From Rhizophagus irregularis (Eukaryota), in contig NC_089433.1 of NCBI RefSeq assembly GCF_026210795.1, forward strand, positions 2,170,001 through 2,234,000: a stretch of 64,000 nucleotides of DNA. Direction: 5' to 3'. Numbering within the stretch: the first letter of the stretch is position 1; the number at the start of each line of letters is the position of its first letter. The notes beneath the pieces were generated by a model that was given only the letters and a program-made list of their open reading frames with translations, was not told where the DNA came from and did not search any database. A program made the translations under genes and the position numbers. Shown here in pieces: positions 41,096 through 53,985 of the stretch.

Positions 41096-43535
41096 TTAAA
41101 ACAGGATCACAAAAAAATTTTACAAAGGTACGGCTCTAAAAAATTTTTTAAAAGTAGTTATTAATATGTCTAATCTTCTAATTTTGTTAAATTTCTTTAG
41201 AATAGACTAAAAAAAAATGGTGCATAAATTCTTTCAATTCAAAATAATAATTATTTTCTTCATCTATATTCCTTCAATTAAAACAATTAGAACATCAGTT
41301 AATAAAATATGATAAAATATTAGATGTGCAAACAGAAAGACTATTTATAAAATAAGATCACGTATTTTAAAAAAACGTCTTACTTACTAAAGGAAGGGCC
41401 GGAAATGACGCCGATAGCTGATGTTTCACATTTCCTTTTTGGGAAATTAATGCCGACCAGAATTATGTTATGATTTTTACATTTCCTGAGAATGGGAGTT
41501 AAAATTAAATGTCGATTATTTTTGGCCATCCCGTTGTTCTCTAAATATGTAATAATTTTCACTAGGGGGGGAGTGTCTCGGATATCGGAGGATCGGATAT
41601 AATACGCCAGTTAATCCTCGAAGATAATCTATAATCTATGGCGGATCGTATGTCGCTCTCCCATCAGTTCCATTTTGAAATTCATTCAGCATACTTATCT
41701 TGCTTGGCATATTATTAATAAACATTTTTGGTAAATCCTTCCTTGTACGTAAAATAAGTAATGCTATTCAAAAATTTTAAATTTTAGAAGTTACCAATAA
41801 AAGGAATGTGTTGTTATTTTGTATTTTTAATAAAGTTGAAATCATCTTTTAAAAAGCTTAATAGGATCTATAGGATCAGAGAGTCTATCCATTTTTTAAA
41901 ATGAATGTTCTGTTTAATCCTTTAAATGGATAAATTTGATAATTTCAAATTTTCGCTCGAAATAGTAGATAAGGAATTCTTTAATGCTCTCAATTCTCGT
42001 AAGAACCGTGGGAAATTGGGAAATGGATTATTTTTAATACTTTAAATGTGCAACCCAAATTATTTTCTGACAACAAGTCATAATTCTAATATATTCTCAC
42101 ACTCTCTTTCCTCTGACTTTATAAGTAAAGAATTATTTCTAAGTTGAAGTTGAGTTAATTGAGTTTGTAATTGTTGAATAGTTTGTAATTTTTTGGCAGG
42201 CATCAAATTACTTAATACGGAGATAATAATTAATATTTAAGGTTTTTAAAATTTTGTCAGAGGATACATATCGATAATTGTCATACTTAATTCTTAACGC
42301 TCTGATCCATGATGTGCATCTTTTCATTGTAATATTTTATGATTTACCGGGTACTAATAAATGCATTTAAGAAAATTTCATTGATTAATAAAATTTATTA
42401 CTAGCGGATAAGCGGAAAATGCAAATATTATTGGACGATTAAACTTACCTTCAGTAATTGACAAGTAATAATTTTCGATAGGTTCATCCGGGGATAACCG
42501 ACTATCAAACTCTAATGGGAAATAAAACTATGACATTTTTGTGAAACAGTTCTTGTTAGGAATAAGAAGCTATATTGTATTAACTTTTAGAGATTACAAA
42601 CAAACAAACGGAGTCTATAGAAAAGTCGAGATGTTTCATATTTCATGCAAGCATTGATAATTGAGCTTATTGAGTTTATTTATACTATGGTGGATGATAA
42701 TCAGTAAATCATTTAAAAATAAAGACAAATTTGAAAGGAGAAAAAAAAAAAATCTCGAACTTCCATTATGTTTCGTAATTAACTTTTTCAGAGAAAGTGT
42801 AAAAGTTAAGATATTACAACTCCTTTACATTTATATGCAAATATGAAAAATTTCTTTCGTCATACATATAAATATAGACATTTTATCCGTGTATCAGAAT
42901 TGAATGATTTTTATAAATTTGGAATGTTAGTTGTAAATCCCTACGAGCGGTTGCTTTTTTGAAATGTTTGTAATACAGATAGGCCGAAATATTTCTGTTA
43001 TGAAACTTATTAATTCGTTAAAATTCACTTTTTAAGAATGAAGTTTGCATAATTACAAACTCAGGTAATACGTTGTACAATTATTTATAAATAAAATCGA
43101 ACTTTACCATAACTATCTTACCTTTTTCCAATAATCTTCTGGAGACATGAGACCGAAAAAAAATACAAAGAAGAATTTCGGATAATACTAATTTTACACA
43201 ACAAGTGAATCAGCCCCGATCAGTCACTGATTACTATACCTTTGAAAAAATTATTTCTTGATCTATCCTATTAGTATTACTTTATTTATTACAATTGAAA
43301 AAATGGTACTTTCCGTTTTAATATCAAAATAATTATTATAATTGGAAAGGTTTGAAAGAAGAATTATTATATAAATAATTCAAAATTTCTCTATAAAAAA
43401 TGACCAGTTTCAATAATATTTGAAAATATCGCAATTAGATAGATTTCTTTTCTAATTAAAAAATCGTTATTCTAGTAAATATATATTATATTATATATTA
43501 TCTTTCGTTATTCGTATAAGAAATCTTCTAATAAA

Positions 43536-44356
43536 ATGACATCAAATATTCTCAGAGGATTATGGAATGAATCGGTAAGTTATACATATGATGTATAAAT
43601 GCAATGAGAATTAATCTATTAGTAAAAGTATCCTTCTTGACCCGTGCGTAAGTCAAGTCCGATGCTTTCGTACTTCTATTGACGGAAAAATTTGATTTTC
43701 CACGTGTATTGTTTTTACGCCAGATTTCCTATTTGATATTTTTTAATTAATTAATTTTTTTTTTTTTTTGCAGGAGGACGGACGACTTCGTTACCTCGTA
43801 AAGCAATTCAGAATCTGTCATGAACAGGATGAGCAGATCTCTTGGGCAAGTATCTCCTATTACATGGGAACACGAACGGCTAAACAATGTAGAGAACGGT
43901 AAATTATCTACTTTTTAATATATGCACAATAATGTCATCGCACATATTTAACTTATTGTATCTACATTATTTTAGATGGATAAATCATTTGAATGAAACC
44001 AGTAAGTTGAAGCATATGTTACATATTTCTTACGCATAGCTGTGCATCCAATTGTAAACCCTAAACCCTTACTTAACCCTTACCAATCCTAAATTGCAGA
44101 AAGTTTGATATGAATCTTTTTTTTTTTGTTTTTAGTAGATAAATCTCCCTTGAGTGAGGAAGAGGAACGTTACATATTAACACTAAGTCGACTACAGCCT
44201 GATTTAACTTACGTCCAAATTTCCGAAAAATTGCCCGGGAGAACTCCATTAATTGTCAAGAATTTCATTTACAGAGACAGAGCAAAAAAAGCTAAATCCG
44301 CTTTGAGAATAAGAAAGAAGATGAGATTGTCAAACATGTTAAATCCGAGAACTTAA
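43536..44356 (+). CDS. Two-repeat (R2R3-like) Myb protein ending KKMRLSNMLNPRT
   Basis: Exons 43536-43574, 43774-43898, 43976-44001, 44136-44356. RGLWNES|EDGRLRYLV..ISWASISYYMGTRTAKQCRER|WINHLNET|IDKSPLSEEEE..ISEKLPGRTPLIVKNFIY. Confidence 0.9.
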
Positions 44357-45632
44357 AACGTTTTTTTCTTTTTTTTTTAAAAAAAATAATAATAATAATG
44401 ACGATATCACGACAAAATATAAGAATAACGATTAATAATCAACTATCGAAAGAATTTTTCTCTGGGATAATAATTATTTAATAACGAACAATTATCAAAA
44501 AAACTTTACAATTACCGTATCGTATTTAATTTTTTTTTTTAATAATTTAACGCATTACCCATTAGTAGTATAAGAATTACGATTAACCTAAGTACCTTTA
44601 ATAATTTAACCCACTAACTTAAGCGGATAACATTATGAATTATGTATTATTTATTATATAAGTTTCGAATTTTTAAGAAATTTAAATTAACCTATGTATA
44701 TTAGTACTATTAAGCTTTTAAACCGATTATTATGATTATAAGATGATTATAAGAAATACAAATATTTAATATATGTAATTTATAAGATAAGATTTTATAA
44801 ATGTAAATAAGACGATATTTTTTTAAAAAAAAAACTATATACAGTAGATTTTTCATAATAAATATTTATATTTTTGTAAATAGCAAAAAATTAAAGAAAT
44901 CTATTATGCATACAATTAAATTCCTGAAAGATTTAGTAGGTCTTCGAGTTAATCTGTAGCAATATCTTTAGAAAGTATACGAATATGTTTAATAAATCCA
45001 GAAAATTGAGAATAACAATCATGTGCAAGTTATTTTAATCATAGCAATTCCTGATAACATCGACGGTTAAACCTTTTGCCGGAACAACGACGCGTCACAA
45101 AGAACTAGGTTGTATATATATATATATATATGAGATTTGACAAATACATTGCAATTTGGTAATTATAATAAGCAATGTAAGTTTCTAATGGACGTGACCG
45201 GCGCATAGACTGAAAAATTCATACATATAAAAAAATGCTTATGTTACTGATGATATTATAGGTAAAGTTAATAAACTTAACTACCCCAATTTTTATCAAT
45301 CTTTACTCGCGGCTAAAAATGAAGTTCATTACTATAAAAGGAACCAAATCACATGACACTACAGTTTAGTACGACCTTCGGATGACAGTAATTGTCTATT
45401 TGAGACGAGAATCGAGAATATGCAAGTTTATTCATTTTATAAATATATTTTATCTGATTTTAGTAACAGTAAGCAAAGAAAATATAATAAAATAAGAATA
45501 AGATTTATAGTATTTTCTTTTTTTATGTATTGTACAACACGATCAAAAAGCTGTACTAAAAGTTAACAAGAATTATCGGTCAAATTCACCAAAAATTAAA
45601 AGAAAAAAGAACAATGTTTTACAAAATATATA

Positions 45633-46456
45633 CAGTCCTGGTCATAAGTATCCATACCCCAATATTTTCTGAAGTTATGTCATAACCTATCCTAAAAATT
45701 TCCAGGATTGACATACAAAATTAGAGGTTCGTACAATATATAAATCAAAAGTTAGATGATTGGGCAAATTTTGTGTTTTATAAAAAATTATCATCTTTTA
45801 CATGAATATTTTCATTTAACCTTTTAGTATATATATATTTTTTTGATATATTAATTTTTAAGTGTCATACACATTTCTCTAGAATTTTTATCAGATTAGA
45901 TACATAGCCAGGGAATTTCAATTATACCATAATCTTTCTTTCACTTTTTCGCGATTTTTGAATGGTGTTGAGGATTATTAATTTTATGCAGTATTTATTC
46001 TAAGTTTTTTTTGCCAATATAAATACTATGCATAAAATGGGTATTAAAGTTCTGCTGAAAGCAAATTGGTTTGCTAAATTCCTGAGCAAAAAAATCACCA
46101 TAAAAATGGATTTTTTGCAAATAATATGATTTTTTTTATTATTTAAGTCTTTATTTTAATGGTATTTTTGGCCCAATAAGTGGCCATAATTTAATTATAA
46201 TGAATGTAAGTAACTATTTTTTTCAAAATTTTACTTTAGTTCAATTGAATATTTACGTACAAAAAACTATTTTGGATAATTTATTAGGAAAATCAACATT
46301 TTGCAGCTAAAATTCATCGATCATCTAACTACTGATTTATTGCACGAACTTCTAATTTTGTAGATTAGTATTTATCTTCAATCCTGGAAATTTTTAGGGT
46401 AGGTTATCACATAACTTCAGAAAATATTGGGGCACGGATACTTATGACCAGGCCTA
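45633..46456. mobile_element. Non-autonomous Tc1/mariner-type element (~824 bp) with long imperfect TIRs and TA target duplication
   Basis: Left end TA-cagtcctggtcataagtatccataccccaatattttctgaagttatg... matches the reverse complement of ~46335-46456 over roughly 100 bp. There is no transposase ORF. Confidence 0.88.
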
Positions 46457-46504
46457 TAAGAAGTCAATTTACAAACTGCATATTAGAATCGGTTGTATTT
46501 AATG

Positions 46505-46562
46505 TTAATTTAGAATGTAATTTAATGACATTCTAACATCACGACGTGAAGTTGCATTTCGA
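46505..46562 (-). other. Orphan Myb-family terminal exon (RNATSRRDVRMSLNYILN*)
   Basis: AG acceptor followed by T-CGA-AAT-GCA. It is homologous to, and in the same phase as, the last exon 48209-48140. I found no Myb exons of its own upstream. Confidence 0.7.
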
Positions 46563-48139
46563 CTATAAGAATGTCGATCAAAAGATTAGTGTATTAAAGT
46601 CGGTACAAAACAGAGCTTGACAGTTTTCTCAACAATTGGACAACCCAGCCAGAAATTAGAATTTCTAGACAGCCAAGATTTTAAAATGTCCAGGTTAGCC
46701 ACACAAATTTGTTTGAAGGTTAATAAATGTATTCTAATATGTATTCAAAAAAATTATAAGTCAAATCAATATCTATTTAAAATGGGTAAGGATTTTGAAA
46801 CCTTTACAAGCAAAGCAGATTTTGCGACGTAAAGATTGGTGATAAATTTTTATGGCTCATTTTTCAACTCTTTATGCCCGATCCTCTTTTTTTCGTGATG
46901 TATTATCAAAGAATGGAACACAATGCGAAGTTATTATAATTTCAAATATTTCTCCAAAGGTGTTCGAACTTCGAATTATTGTTAAGCAGTTAAAGTAGGT
47001 ATAATTTAATATACTAGTATTCCGAATTTTCCAGGTCGGATCAAAACTGGAGATAGTATAACGCCTTCCCTGAATCTGGATCGGAACACTATTCAAACAA
47101 AAGAAACCCAGTACTTAATTATTGATTTACTCTTTATGTCATAATTACATGTATTGTGGTATTATCCCACGATTCATCTGAATGTTTTGACCTTTTACGT
47201 GAAGCCATCAAACTTGAACAGGAGGAAGTCATTTTGGTCGTATTTAACTAACATAAAGCGAACTATGAATTTTAAAAATTATTTGCTAAACTTACTAACA
47301 TTATACATAATAGTAACTTATTAATTAAATTATTTGATAATTATCAGTTATATTGTAATTACTAAACATCAAAACATCAAAATTTTTATTCTTAAAAAAT
47401 ATTTTTTAAATTATATTTTATAGCTGGTAAATATATTATAACTTAATATTTAATAATTAAATTATTTGCTAACATAATTATTAATACATATTAATATTTT
47501 AACTTTTTATATTATATTTCAAAGAATGTAAGTTTATTTACAATATAACTTATTATTTAATGGTTAAAATTATTTGCTAATAAAACATTATTCTTGAAAT
47601 CCATTTCAAAAAATATCAATTTATTAAAATTTATTTACATGAATTAAATGATGATAAAATAAATTAAAAGAATATGGAAATATGAAATTTTTTTTGAACA
47701 TCAATGTTGTACTTCCCTTTTTTTTGGGATTTCACGCCGGTTTTGTTTTTACCCAATTTTAACCTAACCTTAACTGGGGATATTGTGTATTACTCCCTTT
47801 TTGTTGATCAATATCTGTGCAAAAGAGGTGCTGAGAAGATCAATATCTGTGCAAAGGAGGAGCTGTTGATCAATATTTGTGCGTTAACATTGAAGTCCTT
47901 TATCGGGATTGATTACGTAAGTCAGTCATTCTTAAATGGTATATACAAAGAATGGACTGTGGACATAATAAGATATTTCTTTTTATTTATGATAATTAAA
48001 GCACATTAAAATGGTGATGAAATGTCATTGTGTTATACATGCTAAAATAAAGTCGAAAAGTATATATAGAGGCACCGCAAGCAATAAACAATGGAACATA
48101 TTTTATAGCCGTTGGATTATTGTTGGATGTGATTATTTA

Positions 48140-48961
48140 TTAATTTAAAATATAATCTAATGTCATCCTAATATCACGATGTGTCGGTGTATTTGAAGCT
48201 GCATTTCGACTAAAGAGAATTAAAACTTTGTAAATATTACAATGTAATTTAACATAAAAATTGAAGTTAATTAAACTAACATAGCATTCCTGAAACGAGA
48301 AGTTTGACGATAATTGACAGCTATTATCAAAAAGAACCTGGTTAAAATGTAATATTTTGCAATTTTTTTTTTTAAAAAAAAATGATAATAATAATTATTG
48401 TTGATTACCTCTAAGTCTTCGAATCATTCTTGGCCTATGGGTGGAGCTAAGATTATGATTAATTTGTAAAAGCATAAATGCTGAAATTTTTGAAATGGAA
48501 ATCATTGAAAAATTAATGCGTGATCACGTGGACTGCCACCGTAATTATTGGGTGCTTACCACTGTAAATAATCCAACTCCATCTTTTAGATAAAAATAAA
48601 ATAATTATTAATATAATTGAATACTGTACGATTAAAGAACGTTCCAAATTACGTTACTGCGCAGTACTGCGCTACTGACGCAAAGAGGTCTAGTAACACG
48701 CCCTAAACATTAATAATATAATAGATATAACATAGTCGCACCTGTTTCGACATTCTCTCGGACTACGAGTTGCAACTTCACGAGAAATATTATTCCAACT
48801 ACGGTTACGAATACCAAACCGATTTACGGCAATGATTAACCGATTATCCTCCTTAAAAAGAAAACCATTTTCAATGATAATGTAATAGAAAAGAAAATAA
48901 AAAAAGTCCTTCTTACAATAGGTAACCATGACGAATTAGAATATGATAATTGTGTATTCAT
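48140..48961 (-). CDS. Single-repeat Myb/SANT protein ending RMTLDYILN
   Basis: Exons 48961-48917, 48851-48742, 48582-48560, 48480-48409, 48320-48281, 48209-48140. SSWLPI|EDNRLIIAVNRFGIRNRSWNNISREVATRSPRECRNR|WSWII..HRDIRMTLDYILN*. Confidence 0.83.
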
Positions 48962-51898
48962 CTTTATTATTAGCGTAAATGCGTCAAAAATAAATAAATA
49001 AATATTTGAAAGTTTTTATATACTAAATTTGAATAAATGTGTATTTTTTTTTTTTGATATTTAATGAAAAAAAAATTAGAGAGAAAGAAAGTGAGAGAGG
49101 ATAAATTCTGTATGAATCAGATAATAAATCAAAAAGGTGAAATAAACTTCAGATTTTTTGTAAAACATTTGATGAACTTTAATCTTTTTTTTATGGCTTA
49201 TTGTGGCTAGTTAAACTAAATACTAGCCACTGTAACTGTGAGAAAAATGGGTTACTAATTAAACCGGAAAAATCTCGTTTTTTAATTAGTTAATATTCGC
49301 ACATAATGTTGCACGAGTACAATGAATTCAATTACGCACCAAAAAGCCATGAAAAGAACAAAGAAAAGCATTAAGGTACTGACTAGCTAAATCAGAGAAT
49401 TTTTAGATGATCTATACACGGATAAAATCAACATGCATGTACTGCAAAAAAAATTAGCCATTAATTTGCACTACGAATTATTAACTTTTTACATCATTTT
49501 AGGTTATCCCCATATTTAGAGAAAGCACCGAAACATCCCTTCAAAGATTAAGATATACTAACTATTTCCTTAGAAAATTGATCACATATCGGTCATTTAT
49601 CGGAGTTTTTATAGGGGGTGAGTTTTTTGCCCAATTTAAAAAAAAGTTAGTCAAAATACATAAATGTCACAATGTCACAATATCCGATACAAAAATCTTT
49701 ACAAGAATTATTTTAAAATTAAATGTTGATCATAGCTAATTAGATAGGTATTTTGTATGTTATCAGCCACTCAACCATACACAATGTGACGATGTAGATC
49801 AATAATAACACAAACCAAAACGTATTATGATGTAATAAACTTTTGCGGATGAAATCTATAAAACGTCCGATATAAAAGTAAATAGTCAAATAGTAACAAA
49901 CATGTTATCAATATATTGTTGTGCGATGCATCTTGGTTATTTTTAAATATGAATAACTCTTTAAAATTTTATGCTAATTTGAAAAGTAAAATCTATGTAA
50001 AATAGTGTGAGCCAGCCAATAAAATCACTTTAATCTAAGAAATCAATCAAATAAAGGTTAGAACAGATGCGCCGCTGCGCACCATATGATTATGCAATTA
50101 AAAATGAGAGCAGTCATAATATCACAGTTTCTGGCATTCTTATTTTGATACATTTTTGGTATAAGTTATTACATAAATAGTAAAACGGCTTGAACTTTCT
50201 CAAATGCATAAATAATCTTTAATAAATGTTTCAGTTCTTTCATTAATTTATCATTAAAAAGAGACTATAAAAATATTAGTACAACTTTAATAATATTATT
50301 TTTCTATAATGCAAATTTATTAAATTTATTCCCTTTTAAAAAAAACATATATGAAAATAGCATATAATATGGTGGGAAAATTCCAAATTTTTTATTTTTC
50401 TCTCGGTAAAATAAATAACTCTAATAACGGAAGAAAAGCGGGGAACTGGGGTAATGATTCAAAGACTGGATAAAGTAAAAAATTTTTCACATCATTATTA
50501 AAAGTGTTGAACTCTGCGAAACTAGTCATAACAAACAAACATTGTTTATTTATATAATAAATATCAAAATTTCTATTGTTCAATTCGAGTCATTGTTGAA
50601 ATAAATGAGGGACAAATTTTTGTACGACACAAACAAATGATTTGGTGCAATTTAGGAAACATAATCATCAAGAAAAAAAAATCTGTCTGCTATTGGATAA
50701 AGTTTATACAATTAATCATCATTTGTATCATTTTGAATCTTAAAGTATTAGCAGAAATTTTCTTTCACGGACTGTTCGCTAGTATTTTCTTAGCAATTTC
50801 AACCCATCTAAATTTATTCTCTTTTCAGCTATTTATTTTGTTTGATGAAATGGGAAAGAATAAGTTATTTACGATCGATGATCAAAGTAAGGATTAGAAT
50901 GAATCTGTTTTGAGTTCTCGTTTCATTGAAATGTTTTTCGATTTTTATTAATTGAAACTATTTTCATAACACCAAATTTAAATATTTATAAATTAATATA
51001 TATTTATTTATTTATATATACGTGTATTTACATATAATGGCGCCAAACTTTATCATTAAAGATTTAAAGTTCATTAACTTAACGGAGTCGTATATTTATT
51101 TTGCAGTCATATTGTTTGTTTGATCATCAAAATATAAAAATATCCATGTAAATAAATCATTAGCAAACTTTGCAATACTTTGAAAAAAAAAAAACATTTA
51201 ATAATTAATCAAAATATTGTCGATCAACGCCAATACCCAAAATTGGGTGGTTGATTGATTGGTTGAATATTTTATGCACAAATCATAATAGAACTATTGT
51301 AATAAAATTGAAAGTGAAAGAGATTAAGTTTATATATATAAATTACGTTTTTAGACTCCTTAAAATCCTTACCAAATTAAATTAAATTAAATAAATTTAA
51401 ACTTTAGGAACAATAAAATGAAATCAATGCTTTGTATATCCAATTTTATCAGTTTCTTTCCGACGATAAATTACTCTTTTTGATCCGGTAAAAACAATTG
51501 ATAATAGATCTCTATTTTGATGTTCGGGCTCGGCTTTTTTTATCCAGTTAAATATTTGTTATTTCAATTGTTCTTTTAGATGCAAGACAACAGTACTTAT
51601 GATTCAAAGTATTTGTAAATTTTATATTTTAGAACAATGTAATTATGCAGACTCTAATTTACTATGGGCTGTAAATATTATAAATACAGTACTAAGTTCT
51701 TCACAAGATACAATTCGTTCATATCAGTCGATAGAATGAAATTTAAATAATAGTTCCTCCTCTCGCTTCTTCTTTTTTCCCTGATTCTTAAAAAACAAAA
51801 TAGATAAATAAATAAATTGGTCTTTTCGCCAATTTAACTTGATAGCTGGCTATACATATTTTACTTTGTTTTCGAATCATCGTTCTTGAATATTAAGG

Positions 51899-53108
51899 AT
51901 GTCTAACCCTAATAATCCGAATAATCCTAATAATCCTAATAATCCGAATATTCCTAATAATCCGAATATTCCTAATAATCCGAATATTCCTAATAATCCT
52001 AATAATCCGAATCCATTATGGTGGACAGATGATGTAATAATAATTTGTTATGTCTCGGAATATTGTTTTAGCTCGCCAACATACAGTCGGCTCTCGATAT
52101 AACGAACCCTCCGGTTTTCACCTCAGTTCGTTATAAGGTTATAGCGAAGAATTTTAAAGAATTTAATTGGTTGATTCATTATAATGAGTATTTGATTGGT
52201 TAGATGTCGCATGTTCGGAAAAATTCGTTTCGACAGTTCGTTATATCGAGAGCCGACTGTAAATTGTTATGATATGATTCACTAAATAATACGTAGTATA
52301 AATTGAATTCTGATTTATGTCAATAGATCACGTAACCGTGAAATTTTGTTAGCGATGTCAGTGAAGACGATATATTTTCTTTTCTTATTCATTATTATTC
52401 TCAAATTTTTAGGAAATCGAACGATTGAATAATGCCGTGTTCATACTTGGTCCTCGTAATTGGAATAATATTGCTCGCCAAGTTAGGACCCGTACCTCGG
52501 TGGAATGTCAAACTATGTATGTTTCGCCCCAATTTGAGTACTATTTGCTTATTATAATAATATTATATTTCGTTAATATTTTAACTGTATATACAACTAA
52601 TGAAGATGGAGACGATTAACATATTATAATTGTAAGTGATATATATTCCTTTAATATGTTACCTCTCATTTATGATTCACTTCATACGAGTTATAGTTTA
52701 ATTGATCTTCCATTTCATTTTAAATATATCAGCAATGAATCTTAATCGTCCTGCAACTTTAAACCTTGGCATGTCTCAAAGATTTGCAGGTAAATAAATT
52801 ATCATTTATTGTATTTTAGACTACATTAAATATAATATTTAACAACAATATTCTTTATTAACAGTCAATTATCGTAATATGGCGTAAGATTTTTTTAAAA
52901 AAAAATACATACATTCATTTATTCGTTTCAATTTAATTTAACAATATAATTATTTTATAGTCAAAACGGTCAAAGCGAAGGTCAAAATTCTATCAGCTTA
53001 ACAGCAATACTTACAAATCCAATACAACAAAACACTAGAATGTCAATAAATTATATTTTGACTCATGATCGTGATATGAGGATGACAATTTATTATATAA
53101 CTATATAA
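51899..53108 (+). CDS. Single-repeat Myb/SANT protein with N-terminal (NPN/IPN)n repeat and 2-3 motif copies
   Basis: Exons 51899-52033, 52413-52516, 52606-52631, 52733-52789, 52865-52883, 52961-53108. WWTDD|EIERLNNAVFILGPRNWNNIARQVRTRTSVECQTI|WRRL..TRMSINYILTHDRDMRMTIYYITI*. Confidence 0.85.
52084..52259. mobile_element. 176-bp pogo/Tigger-like MITE in intron 1 of the 51899 gene
   Basis: Perfect 24-bp TIR cagtcggctctcgatataacgaac, flanked by TA on both sides. Confidence 0.93.
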
Positions 53109-53329
53109 TATCTTAACTTTCGGTGTTCGCCATCGGGATGGCATATAATCATACCACATTTTTTTCTTTTCGATTTTATTGAAGCGTATACGTTGCGTTA
53201 CCGACATTTATTAGCGTAATTTTTTTACATTAAGAGAGTGAGTTTTATAGCGTATAAATTTTTATAGAATATGATGATAAGATTTTAGATTCATTTTTTA
53301 CTTTATATTTTTGTTTAAGAAAAATGTTT

Positions 53330-53985
53330 TATGGTGATTTTATAGATTTATAGATTATATAGTTTTATAGATTTCGTTTTTTTTTCTATGATACTTACAT
53401 TTTTATGGTGGCTTTTTTTTATGTTATAAGTTCATATAGATTTGTAGATTATATAGAACTATAGATTTCATTTTTTTTTTTTTTTCCTATGATATTTATG
53501 ATCAAGAGAATGATTTATATTAGTTTTTTATGTCAGATTTATAGATTAATAAGAGTATATATGTAGATTTCTTTTTTTTTTTATTATGATACTTACATTT
53601 TTATGGTGGCTTTTTTATGTATATATTTAGAATTATAGATTTCATTTTTTTTTTTTTTGCTATGATATTTATGAAGAGAATGATTTATATTAGTTTTTTG
53701 TCAGACTTATAGATTAATAAGAGTATATATGTAGATTTCATTTTTTTTATTATGATACTTACATTTTTATGGTGGCTTTTTTATGTATATATTTAGAATT
53801 ATAGATTTCATTTTTTTTTTTTTTTGCTATGATATTTATGAAGAGAATGATTTATATTAGTTTTTTGTCAGACTTATAGATTAATAAGAGTATATATGTA
53901 GATTTCATTTTTTTTTATTATGATACTTACATTTTTATGGTGGCTTTTTATGTTATATATTTAGAATTATAGATTTAATTTTTTT
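53330..53985 (+). repeat. Tandem repeat, ~167-bp unit, about 3.5 copies
   Basis: tatgatacttacatttttatggtggc recurs at 53387, 53585, 53751 and 53919. Confidence 0.9.

Noticed and set aside
42435..42500. Minus-strand reading SRMNLSKII resembling the family motif
   Set aside because: It has no terminal-exon context, and a splice-bounded reading in another frame is equally plausible.
46872..47232. Possible Myb first exons for the orphan terminal exon
   Set aside because: Trp spacing and exon-2 pattern do not match the family, and the simplest splice hits a stop.
50392..50930. Possible decayed F-box/LRR-like coding remnants (also ~31320-31517 and ~32914-33099)
   Set aside because: Multiple stops and no diagnostic motif I can verify by eye.
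53330..53985. CRISPR-like array
   Set aside because: Eukaryotic context, and the units are wholly repeated with no unique spacers.
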